DNA of 63,626 nt, counting the filler, from Pelomyxa schiedti (Eukaryota > Protista > Evosea), in the NCBI GenBank assembly GCA_020536535.1. It is 8 parts of 8 records of this genome, joined end to end, with 100 filler letters (N's around TTAATTAATTAA, not from the genome) between each part and the next. Parts side by side here need not be neighbours in the genome. Positions count along the whole stretch, not along the records: positions 35,976 to 46,589 come from JAHLWZ010001260.1; positions 46,690 to 48,207 come from JAHLWZ010002450.1; positions 48,308 to 63,626 come from JAHLWZ010000097.1; 5 more parts are not named here. The stretch is one strand, 5' to 3'. The position numbers were made by a program, and so were the translations under genes. Shown here in pieces: positions 37,716 to 49,055 of the stretch (the first letter of the stretch is position 1; each line of letters opens with the position of its first letter). The notes under the pieces are model-generated. The model was not told the DNA's origin. It saw only the letters and a list, made by a program, of their open reading frames with translations, and made no database searches.

Positions 37716-39595
37716 TCAGAGAGCCCAGGTTTTCTGTAAAAAAGTTAGTTCATGATGTGTAAAACTTGGTTGCAACCAATCTGCTTCCAGACGGGTGTAA
37801 AACAATACAAGTGCATTGGAAGTTGTAACCCCAGTTGAGAAAGTCCCGCTCATTTGAGTGACAATTGTATCAGAGATGCTCCAATGCACACCATCCTTTA
37901 TTACATGAGCTGTGTAGTGTCCACTACTTAGCTGCGACCCCTGATGTTCCTGGGAAGTGCAAATTAGTGCTGGAAAAACTACTGTTTGGCATACTGAAAG
38001 TGCATAGAGCCTGTAGGAAAACGTCCCACTACTCAGACAAGAAAAGTTGGTATGAAGAGGCACTGAAACAGGCGTGCGGATCTTGGCTGATGTGTGGTCA
38101 AATCGCTGGAGATGAATAATCACTATTGGTGGAAGCAGTATGACAATAGACATTTTCTGAAGGGATTGTTTCCCACACTGCGGGCACCCAATAGTCTCGG
38201 GCCGGGAAAAATCAGAAAGACAATCTTCTAAAGGAACGGTTCTGCTGCGATCGGGAATTGGAATGTCTAAAAACGCCATTGGAGAATATGAGGAAGTGTT
38301 CTAATGCTGTGATTAGAGGGAAGATATCGGTATACAAATAATACCCAGCCGCAACAGCTCTCTGTGCAATCCATTTTTTCTAAAGTTAGGCCATGGAAAA
38401 GGTCCACAATAATTGAACTGTTGGATCCTAAGTGCTCATTCCAGGCTTCAAATGCCAGAGAAGAGGCAGCATCTCGTGGTATTTCCAAAGGCCTTGGTGT
38501 TGTGGTGCAGATTCCATTTAGCTCTTGGTGAAGAGCGTCAAGGAGAAGAACCAAGCATTCAAATGAGTCCTGCTGTTGAGTACCACTAAATTGATTTGCA
38601 ACTTGGGCTATTTGTGACTTCAAATTCACTGGAGATATTACCCTACTGGCTGAGTGGAAAGCTTGAATAACCTCCATAAAGCTCCTGGTGAGTCTTCTGG
38701 CTGAAGAGCTCCTTTTCTTTCTTTTCATCTCTTTCTCCAGTGCACCGCTTGTAAAGAAATCAACTAGAGGAGATGTTACCAATAAACACTGCAGGGTACT
38801 ATTCATGTAGCATGTATTCCCCAGATTTTGCAACCCTTTTGGTGTGTAGGGTCTGTGCAAAATTTGTTTGGCGTCGGGCTGTTTAATACTTCTTAAGTCG
38901 TCAGTGCAATGAGAAGGAAGAGCCGAAGGACATAAATGTGAGCTCTGTTGCACTTCTGGCTGTTTGTGCAGAGGTGGAGGTGAAAGGGAGCGTATATCTG
39001 TATCTTCATTGATGCATATTTTGATCGCGTGATGTTGGGCCGTTGGTGCACTTTGTTGTGGTGGTGTAGGAGGTTGCACTGACCCCACCTCTGTTGCGCG
39101 AACGTCTGCACACGATAGAGGCCCGATAAGAGTGGTAGATTGTTGGGGAGCCTGCTTGTCACAGCATTGGACCTCTATGACGCTGTGCTCAGAAGGCACC
39201 TCTTTGAGGCCAGTGATAATCTCAGAAGGAGAAAGAACTTCATTCGTAGCAGGACGGTGGACTACTACTGCTTCCAACTGAATAGTGCTCTGTGGATCGG
39301 AAATGGTATTCGTGTGCAGCGGCTCATGTTTTGACTTTGGAGACCCCCCCGAGCTCACAGTTTTGTTGGTTTCTCTTTTTGTTGTTCGGTTTGTGCTCTG
39401 TGTGGATCGCGGAGCATCGGAAGTAAACAGGCTTCCCGGTTCCTCTGCACGTGCAACTGGGAGTGGCTTAGGCTGAAGAAGTTGTGAAGAGGCTGTTCTT
39501 CGTCGTTTGGTTCCGCTCTTTACGAAGACCCAAAAAAATAGCATACAAATAGCCGCAAACCCAAGCCAACACAAAGCGAACGCTGTGCTGTCCAT
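37716..39595 (-). CDS. USP-family (peptidase C19) deubiquitinase with N-terminal transmembrane anchor; 3' end may extend further
   Basis: Cys box GLQNLGNTCYMNSTLQCL, QQDSFECL, IHLQRF, His box HQGSQLSSGHYTAHV...WSISD. N-terminus MDSTAFALCWLGFAAICMLFFWVFVK followed by KRRR. Confidence 0.92.
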
Positions 39596-39791
39596 TTGCC
39601 CAATGCAACGAGAGTCTGCGATAAGGTGTGTAGACACTCGCGTCAGGCCAGGTAAATTTCCCCTAGCACCGATTCTAGTTCCGGAAAGTGCTCCCAACTT
39701 CGTCGGGAAAGTTGGTCCTAGCCAAGTTGAGAGAAAGCAAGTGTGAAAAACGAAGGTGAATTAATTAAACTTCTTCACAACCGAGTCGGAC

Positions 39792-41055
39792 ATGGCAGCC
39801 AACCTAACCATACAGTTGGACAATAGTGCGAGAGGCTCCCCGAACTGTGAAATCACAGTACCAGTGTCTGCTACACTCGCAGAGCTTCAGACGGCTGTTG
39901 AGACAGCGACTGGGGTCAAGATCGGGTTCCAGAGCCTGATATTTGAAGACAAAACCATTGCACAAGGTGCTGATGCGACCAACACATCGGTTACAATTGC
40001 TTCTCTGGGCATGATACCTGGCCAAACGTTGGTTCTGGAAGTGACGGTTGCTTTTCCCACCTTGAACATTTTACTCATTTCAGTTTCTTTCACTCCAGAA
40101 AAGTGGAGGGCAGAAAACAAACGCCGATCCAAAAATGTCCATATCTACTGCGACTGATGGTCACCTGGCACAACTTCCCTGTGGACACTTCATCTCCCCA
40201 GACGAGCTTACCGGCTACATACGGTAAGGTACTGATTGTTGTCCTTTGACATTGTGGCAGTTACATTCTTGGTCTTGGCAGAATTGCCATCCAGTGCCCT
40301 TTCAAACCATGTAGGTCCTCTCGTTACACTTTTCTTCTTGCAAACACTATGTGCAGCGAAGACGGGTACCGCCTGTAATCGCAATTTCACAATGGAAGAA
40401 CTGGGAGCTGCCGCCAGATTGACGATTGCAGAAACTCGCGAGTTTGAGGAAAAAGTGGGAGACAACTTTTTACTAGCATTGGGAATGCAAAACTGTCCAA
40501 AGGTATAGGTATTCATTCCTCCAATATCTCACCAAAGGTTTTAGTGCAATATCATGTGCCAACGTACAGTTCTTACCGACCCACGAGTAATTTGCTGTGG
40601 AAAGCCATGGTGTTGGTACTGCAGACGAGAATGGAAGGGCAGCGACGCTGTATTGTGTGGTAATGAGGACTGCCCCAAAAAGGACCCATTCATCCTCATT
40701 TTGGAGCAAGCAGAAGAAGCTGTATGGGCTCCCTGTTTTGTTGTACCTTACCGACTCATAAAAGCTGGCCTACGATGTTCCTATTTTCAAAACTAGAAGC
40801 TGTGTTAACTGTGGGCTTCTAATCACACACAATGGGGTGGGTATTTTTATCTTAGGATAACCACTACTGTCATTGACTCCTAAAAAACAGGCATGCAAGC
40901 ATATGCTCTGCACAAGATGTCAAGTTGAATTTTGCTTCAGCTGCTTGAGCCGAAAAACAGCAGGCAAGTACCCTCCTTCTTGTGGAGCCTACAGCACCAA
41001 GTGCCCAAGACACCCTAGGCAAACAGTCAGGGCTTCCCTGCCATTAGGTTCCTGA
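39792..41055 (+). CDS. Ubiquitin-like domain (ending in GG) fused to an RBR-type E3 ligase
   Basis: Ubl fold ITVPVSATLAELQTAVETATGVKIGFQSLIFEDK...TIASLGMIPGQTLVL, spliced to KSGG. Degenerate RING1 (LPCGH). IBR CPKC...CCGKPWCWYCRREW. RING2/Rcat RSCVNCGLLITHNG/ACKHMLCTRCQVEFCFSCL. Confidence 0.85.
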
Positions 41056-41427
41056 TTTCCCCCAACATTCAGGTGTTCTGCTTCTTAAAAACTTCATACT
41101 TGCCTCCTGTAGCAACAATTGTTTTGTGAACGTGTAGCTTTATTCTATTTTACCTCGTGTTAACAAACTCTCTATTGTTGTAGTGCAACAAAACACGAGG
41201 AGGGTGTTCTTCTTTTCATCATGGATTTCAGACATGCAACCTTGGCACCAACGAGAATCATTGCGTAAATTCGGGTAACTACAGGAACCTCTCCGAACAT
41301 CCAGAAGAGCTTCGAGTATAACTGGTTCACGCCGACTATGAAAAACAACGTGACACGTTGACAGTAATTTCTTCGATTTTAATAATAATCGTGTTCCCCA
41401 GACAGGGCTATTTCTGTTGTTTAACAT

Positions 41428-44400
41428 TCACCAATGGATGTGGAGAGGTGGAAGGGACGGAGTGTCTTCAGTACCGATCACCTTTTTCCTTCAGTTACAA
41501 GCAAGTTTTTGAGGGTTGGTTGTTACCTCCAAACGGAAAAAATTATGGTGTTCAGGGAGTACCCCTGGTAGTTTGGACAGATGGAACTGCATACTGACAA
41601 CGATTTAGTAACATCTTTAAAAAAGAAGGAAACCTTTTGTTCAGATCTAAAGTAGACCCAAGCCTAAGAAAGACAACGATATCATTGAAGAGAATCGCTT
41701 CTACGGTTGTTTGGTATTTCCCCTTTTTCAATGTTAGGTTGAATAGTAACTAGTAAGCTTACTTCATAATGCCGAATTGTCTCCTGGAGAGTAATGCCAG
41801 GTGGCAACTCCAAGTGATCCCACTCTGTCCAAGCCCCATCTGATGCAGGTGGAAATGGCTCAACGAAATTCCATGCCTCAATATCATCGAGATTTAGGAA
41901 TGATGATCTCAGCTGTTCAATAGACAAATTAGCGGAAGCTAGCTTCACCAGCTCAATGCATTGAAGGCTAAACCACACACTATTACTGTGAAAGACTTTG
42001 TTAGATTCATTTACCCGGCAATAGCAGCTGTGGTGGAAATCAATGCAGGGATAATATTTCCAATTATTCTTCGAGATGAATGAAAGTCTATGGGATCAAT
42101 GCCATAGTTATTCGCTCTTATCACTGCAGCAGCATAGACAAACGGCATATGATACAGGGAGTCATCATCCTATCAAGGGGTGGTGAGATCCTTGGATAAG
42201 TGTACAACAATCTCACCTTATCAAATTTTGCAGGTAGGAAGTCCGCGGGCAGTGCGGCAGAGAGGTCACTAGCACTTTGAGTGGCAGTAATGTTGAAATT
42301 CTTTGCCCTAATATTAGAAGCAGACTGCACAAATGAAGCATGCAAGGACTTCGTGCTATCGTACTCAATTGGTTGAGGTTTTCTTCGAGGGGGCACCCAG
42401 AAGGTTTCTAATTTTACACGTGTCACAACGAATGCTATTACTTAATAACTGATTTACCAGTTGCAGGATCCTCTGAAGGAGGGTACAGCACAAGTACATG
42501 TTTGACATCATCATGAAAAAGTTTATGAAAGATCTTACAAGACCAGTCCACGCAGTGAGAAAATGTTGTTGGGATCCCCATATCACTTTCCTTGTTTTTA
42601 ATAAAAAGAGCTTCAAATTGGTCACGTGCCCATTGTAAAGTATCTTTCATCTCCACAGGGAAAAACTTGAGTGTGCACAGAGGTATGGAGCTGGTATTTC
42701 CATCAGTTCCATGATTTCCAGCTCCAAAAGACTCAGTGATGTGGGGAACAGCCACTTGAACATTTCCCTCTGGTCCAATTGTACCACCATCCACGAATGG
42801 TTTGGAGTGAATTTTGGATTGTAGGTCTAAGTATCTGCGGGCTGACATGGAGTCTAATGCAGAGATAATTACATCGATTGATGAGAAAAATTCGTAAGTA
42901 AAAACATCTGGACTGAAGTGAAAAAGGAAAGGGTCAGAACAAAAATGTACCTGAGCGTTGCAGCATCATGTTGTACGCAGTGGCATTAATCTCGGGGTTA
43001 ATCTTTAAAGCCGCTTTGACGGCAACCTGGGACTTGGGTAACCCTATGTCGGTGGGGCGGAAGAGAAATTGCCGACTTAGGTTGGAGTTTTCGATGCTAT
43101 CCATGTCAACGACATGCAAGTGTCCTATGGTACTTAGTAAACTCAAGAAAAAAACCTCTCACCATTTCTTTCTGTGGCAGCCCCCAAAAGACTCAAATTC
43201 TTGATAACTTCACATCCTATAGCACCGGCTCCAGCCTAAAGAAAGTGTAAACCGACTAAAACAGAGCAGGGATATACTAGCAAAATATTTGATTTTCTAA
43301 GCGCGTCATGCAAATCCTCCCCGATTAAAGCGGCTTGGGCTCTGTAACGAGTAGGAACTCGGTCTGTCAAAGGTACCCGTTTTGTGGATATAATTTCGGA
43401 AAAGTTAAAGAGTAGCCACTGGTCAATTGGGTTTAGGCGATGGGAAATAATTTTGATGACTTCGTGGCAGAGTACTCCACCAATGAAGGAAATCTAATTG
43501 AAATAAGAGGGAGTAGAGGAACAAACTTACAATGGGTGGAAAGGAGCAGCCACACGTTGTGGCAATCAAGGACACGAGATCGAGGTTTTCATGGGTGTTG
43601 TAGTTGAGATGTCTGTAAATGTTCAAGAGTTCTTGCTCATGTATCTGTAGGCTCGTGAGGTCAAAGAATATCTTCTACAAGTTACAGTGTTTCCTGGTTC
43701 TGGGAGAGTCGAGTGTTTGTCAAACCACATGCAAGCTGAGAGAAGTGCTAAGTGACACTGAAAATATGTGTCCTGCAGATAAGGAGCATGAACCTTGATT
43801 TTAGATTCAGGGGCTCCAGAAATAAGCTCAGTGAGAGGACTCTGGTATGAAGTATGAATAAATAAAGAGTGAACTTAGTGTTTACTGCGTTGAGGACGCA
43901 GGAATCCCGCCATAATATTAAAGTGCCAGTGGAGATTGACACTGAAGAGGAAATCTCCCCAACCTTGTATGTGCATGTGCCTTGAGTTCATTTGAATGTG
44001 AAAGAGGTATTAGAAGAATAACCAACTCGACAGAATGAAAAAAGTGGCTGCTTCGTTTCTTTATTGAAGGTGAGATCCCCAGCACCTTCAAAGTAACCTC
44101 GAAAAGTGTCCGGAAACAAATCAGATGAAGTCGTCACAATGCAATCCTGCAGATGAATAAGAGGAGGGAAAAACCCACCGTATCTTACATGTAAAGATAC
44201 AACAGGAGAGCTACACAGCGGTTTGCCGCCATTTTGGACACAGAAAGAGGTACCAAAATCATTGAAAATAAATCCAAACCCGCCAAGAGAAGTCACCCAC
44301 AAAAATGTGGTATGGTGATTTCTACATAAAATATCCAGCTCACAAGCGGTATTAAACGAGTACCCAGTGAAAAGTACAATCTTTTACATAATTGAGAAAA

Positions 44401-44845
44401 AGATTATTTGAGAAGGAATGAACGTCATGGCACTCTATTATTCTTGGTGAAATGCTTGGTTCAACAGCAACTTGAACAAATTCACTCAATTCAGTGAGGT
44501 GAGGCCTTACAGCTTCAGCAGTGACTTGGCCTATGTCTTTGGCACTCAAAAATAGCTACAAAGGATGAGTGATTCGTGTGAGTCGATTGTGAGCGCAGAC
44601 CTGTGAGCCAATGTCAGTTGGTGAAACAAGCGAGGAGTCACTTATGGACACGCGGTCCACGCCCATAAGTACCAAGTTTTTCGCTGTGTGTTACTTAGAC
44701 CTACTCCAAACGTAGAGTTACCTATTTCTGTGCCGATATCCTTTTGTCCAACAATCAACACTTTGCATGTAGATAAACATGTTTGCACGTCCGCGCCCAG
44801 AGCATAAATCTGGCGACTGTACCGCTGCCATTGGTCGGCTTGCAT
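41428..44845 (-). CDS. Divergent monomeric UBA1-type ubiquitin/Ubl-activating enzyme E1, multi-exon
   Basis: RYSRQIYALG, AKNLVLMGV, GAGAIGCEVIKNL, DMDSIENSNLSRQFLFR, ALDSMSARRY, GNVQVAVPHITESF, catalytic SIPLCTLKFFP (Cys codon 42675-42677), IIPALISTTAAIAG, UFD WTEWD...; ends ...PSLPPLHIHW*. Confidence 0.93.
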
Positions 44846-45365
44846 GTTTAAACAAAACAATAAATTCAAATTGGTCTTGCTGTTCCAACTTGCCTCCCGG
44901 CCGCAGAGCCCTGTCTCTGAGTAGTGTACGGGTGTTATGTAGGTAAAGGCAAGCACGCTGTTCACTGTTTGGGGTCGCAGACTTCCACACCTGAAGAACA
45001 TGCATATCTGGTAAATAGGTTTAAAAAGGTCATGGTTGATAAAAAAATTGTTTTGCCATTTATGTCAACAGAGACCACTGATTACAAAAGTAACTAACGC
45101 CACTATTTTCCATCCCCACACAAGCCACCAAAGACACTTTCCCCAGCAATAAACACCAATGCCACCAGCAACAACAATAACACCATTATGTGCGCCTGGT
45201 AGCTAAAAAAAAGGTGATTGGTTACTTTGCTGTGAATACAGTGGTGTGCCCCTTTCCTTTCAAGGTCTCCTGAATCTCCCTCAGGGTCCCACAACCATTC
45301 GTCTGGCAGAGTTCCCATAAATCCATCTGATTAGAACTGTACTTAGAGTATAACGACGCGAAGTC

Positions 45366-46589
45366 ATGAGCACGGGAGGCATAGGCGGGTTTCTCCGTGG
45401 GATCACGGCGTCGCAGGACTGTGGTGCGTCGCCCAACCAGTTGTCGTCGTTGGCACGTGCGGTAGGCGGTAGAGGGGGCGGCGGATCTCTCGTTGCAATG
45501 CAAGATCGTTGGATGCGCGTTGCACAGAGGGTGTGTGCCATTGATTACTTTTGTTGTGTGTTTGTTGTTTGTTTTTTTTTAATAAACCACAAAGCCTCCG
45601 AATGTAGTGCCACTCAGCAGTGAGCAGATGACAGACATCTTACACACATTCATTCATAGCACAATGAGCGCAACTCCAATGCCTGTGTAAGTTCCTTTTA
45701 ATTCACATGGGCTTTGTATTCACTTTTCCTTCTTCCAGTGGAATGATTCCAGATCCTGGACTATCTGCCGTTGAGCAAATGAAAATCATGCAACGCTCAC
45801 AAATGTTAGCACGGCACATGTGTGCGGATCAACCTCCAGAATTTGCCGATTCACAAGTGAGTTTGTGCTCGTCGTAGGGATTTCAATATTCACACTTTAT
45901 CAACACAAAATATGCCTAGGTAGGTGCTATTCTTGGTACGCTTCACATCTCTCCTGAGCAGCTGGAAGCATTTGATGCTGGTTGGGATGCTGGTGAATAC
46001 ACAGGTCAGTTCGAAGGAGCTTGGGCTTCTCAAACTGGAGGTGACTGGGCTGAAGAATTTACTGCAGCACCACAAGTTCAACTTCCTCAGGACCAGCCTG
46101 AAAGTACATTCTATTTCTGTTTGACACCACGAGATATCAGTTCTAACTTTTTGCCGCAGCTTGGGTACAACAATTTGCTGAGCAAGGAGAGGCAGAAGAA
46201 TTTTTTGACAACACAGCTGATCTTGAACTTGAAAAGGCTTGGAACGCAGAGGAGTCCGCCGCCGCACCTGCGAAGTTGTCAGACCCCATTGAAAGAGAAC
46301 TCGAGGTTTGTGTTTCTGAGAACTGTTTGTGTCAATGTAATAAGTTTACAGAAACAACGATTGCGTGAGGCAACAGGGCGGCTCGTTGATGCTGTGAGTG
46401 ACCCCAAAGTTAGAGCAACCAAATTCATGCAATTTATGAACCAACTTCGCACTGGGGAGGTACCTTCCCCATTTCCTAACCATGCCTCAGTTTTGTTTAT
46501 CTCTAAAATAGATGGAAGTGAAGGACAACACTGTAGTAGTCGGAACTGCTGCGAACACAACAACAGGGGAAGACTGGGCAACTGAATTT
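45366..46589 (+). CDS. PEX5: PEX5, peroxisomal PTS1 receptor, N-terminal half (TPR domain lost beyond gap)
   Basis: N-terminal Cys motif QDCGASPNQLSSLA. WxxxF motifs DWAEEF, AWVQQF, DWATEF. PEX7-binding-like box DPKVRATKFMQFMNQLRTGE. Confidence 0.85.
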
Positions 46590-46689
46590 NNNNNNNNNNN
46601 NNNNNNNNNNNNNNNNNNNNNNNNNNNNNNNNNTTAATTAATTAANNNNNNNNNNNNNNNNNNNNNNNNNNNNNNNNNNNNNNNNNNNN

Positions 46690-48207
46690 CTGTGCGATGT
46701 GAAGGCCGGGTGTAAGAAAAATGTAGGTAATAAGAGGGGGTGGAGGGAGAGTAAGAGCGGGAAGGTTACTGGCCACCGAAAACAAGTGCTCCGTCTCTGA
46801 TGCACGCGAGTTGGTGGTCTGCTCTGGTCCAGGCATACTTTTGCTCCACTGGGTGCAGTGAAAAGAGGAAGCTCTCACTGTGGTGAGGGATAAGTATTAT
46901 AAAAGAGCAACTTTGTGAGGGCTGCACCAGTCTTGTGTGCCACCCCGTTTGGCTAGCTCGGGAATCGTTTCTGACAAATAGCCTCCAAAAATCTCATAGA
47001 AACGATTAATTTCTTGCGGTGGAGGAAAACGGAGTTAAGTGATTTAAAAAAGTATTCGGTTCTTACATGTTGTGCAGGTGACTTGACAAGTACTAATAGC
47101 GGGAAGGCATCTCCACATTTTGTGAATAACGTACTGATGTTGAAACCGTCCACTGCTGTGGAAAACAGTAACGTGGGATCCATGATACCATATCGGTGTG
47201 GAAGCATGCTCCATATTTTCTCACACTGGTAAAAATAAGTTATATTCTAAGCACAATAAGCTAAAGGATTTACGAACTTGCTGCTGGGAAATAATGGATG
47301 AAGGCTTTTCCATAATTGGCCGGTAGTAAACCGGCTCCACTTTGAGGGGGCTTGTCAGAAGCAACTGGTGGCACTTAATGCGGTCTGAGTTAAGTTTGTC
47401 TAACTTACTCAGCTGCGCCTGCTTGACACGGAAGCAGAAGGCTGTTTTGAACAAGGACTCCGAATCCGTGGAAAACAAAGCTGCTTGATGTAGTATCTAT
47501 GGGAGTTAGACTACTAGCTTGAGGGCAGGGTAAATCCACAGACTTGAAGAAAGTCCTCAGTGGTTGTTGCTTTGAGCAGGTATTGCTTACATTTACACAA
47601 AACTGCAAGGCCAAATCTATAGAAAACCTTGAAACCCTCGCTCAAAAAGCAGTCAAAGAGTCTGCAAGTAATTAGAAGTAAACTCAAATTATAAGTGACT
47701 ACCTTAGTACAATGGAGTATTTTACATGCCCAACAAAAAGAGAGGAGAACCAGTCCTTTGCAAATGATTCTGTTGTAGATACGGACAATTTAATCATATC
47801 TATTTCATTTTAGTCTTGGATGCTTTATAAGTTTCCATACGTTTATACAATCCTGGCAGGTGCATGGATATAAGTGAATCAAAGGTGCTGCAGAACACTA
47901 GGTGTTGCTCAAAAGTGTGATTGAGAAACCATCTCGTTCTTAAAGACTGAAAAAGCATAATTTCTAAACTTACAAATGCCTGAAAGGGATGAGAATTAAT
48001 TAGAAGTTGTTTTGAATATTGTATAGAACCTGTTCTTCCGTCATAAAAGTTAACAGAAGAAGGACTGAAAGAGTGAGTACTCAATTAAACTGAACAATAC
48101 TTACTCAAATCGGGAATGCCCACTGCATAAACTAGAGTTGGATTTTTCAATCCGAAAATTGCAAGTATGCGGGAGGCTGCTTCCAATCCTTTCTCGCCTA
48201 CATAGTG
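46690..48207 (-). CDS. TBC + TLDc domain protein (TBC1D24-like), internal fragment
   Basis: TBC end WFSSLFVG...LFDCFLSEGFKVFYRFGLAVL. TLDc start MLPHRY...LLFSTAVDGFNISTLF...LLVLVKS. Confidence 0.75.
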
Positions 48208-48307
48208 NNNNNNNNNNNNNNNNNNNNNNNNNNNNNNNNNNNNNNNNNNNNTTAATTAATTAANNNNNNNNNNNNNNNNNNNNNNNNNNNNNNNNNNNNN
48301 NNNNNNN

Positions 48308-48955
48308 ACAGAAACAGGATTAGAACGAAGTCCGGCACATTCGGTACATCCGGGGAACGGTGTCACACCAGCGGACCCTCTCCCATTATCGATTCCTCCA
48401 CTGCCCGTCACCCCGTTCATTTAAATTTTTTTTTCTAGCACCCAGGTACCTATCGACCAAGGCCAGAGTTTTTGCCAAACTTAATACAAGTTGCGTAAAA
48501 AGCGATTTCGAAGAAGTGATGAGTGGTGCCTTTATTGTCAATCTTATGTTGGCCTGTGATAATTTCTTATTTATTATCAGTAGAATGGCGACTGTGGTAT
48601 GCTGGTAAACAAAATAAATATTTATTTTGTTTTTTTTTTTTTTTTGCCAAAACCAGTTTCTTATTGTTTTATACACCTAACACTAACAATAAATATTTAC
48701 AGTATCCACGTCCAGACAAAAATTGGGTGTGTTCGTCTCACAGACCTTCTTCCTGAGAATTGGTTATTGCAATGAAGCGAGGGCGAACTTACAGAAGAAT
48801 TAACCGCAGTAAGGCTGTTAGCATTATAGCCGGAGTATCCTATAGTAGTAGTAATCACTAGGTTTGCACTTGGATTCATTGGCGTGGAATAGTTAGCGGT
48901 GGTTCCTTGTTCACCTTGGGAGGGAATAGTAGCATCAAGGGGAATAGGTGTGACA
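48308..48955. repeat. About 640-bp near-identical direct duplicate of 58481-59118
   Basis: The two copies are colinear with several small indels. This copy is bounded by a linker and a 100-N gap. Confidence 0.93.
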
Positions 48956-49055
48956 NNNNNNNNNNNNNNNNNNNNNNNNNNNNNNNNNNNNNNNNNNNNN
49001 NNNNNNNNNNNNNNNNNNNNNNNNNNNNNNNNNNNNNNNNNNNNNNNNNNNNNNN

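Noticed and set aside
26794-41055. PINK1-like kinase + Parkin-like RBR + USP30-like DUB as one linked mitophagy locus
   Set aside because: Three artificial linkers separate the kinases from the cluster, the RBR lacks a recognisable RING0, and orthology is unproven.
45103-45318. Small membrane-protein ORF between E1 and PEX5 as a fifth cluster gene
   Set aside because: No recognisable motif and it crowds the PEX5 start; cannot be supported without RNA data.
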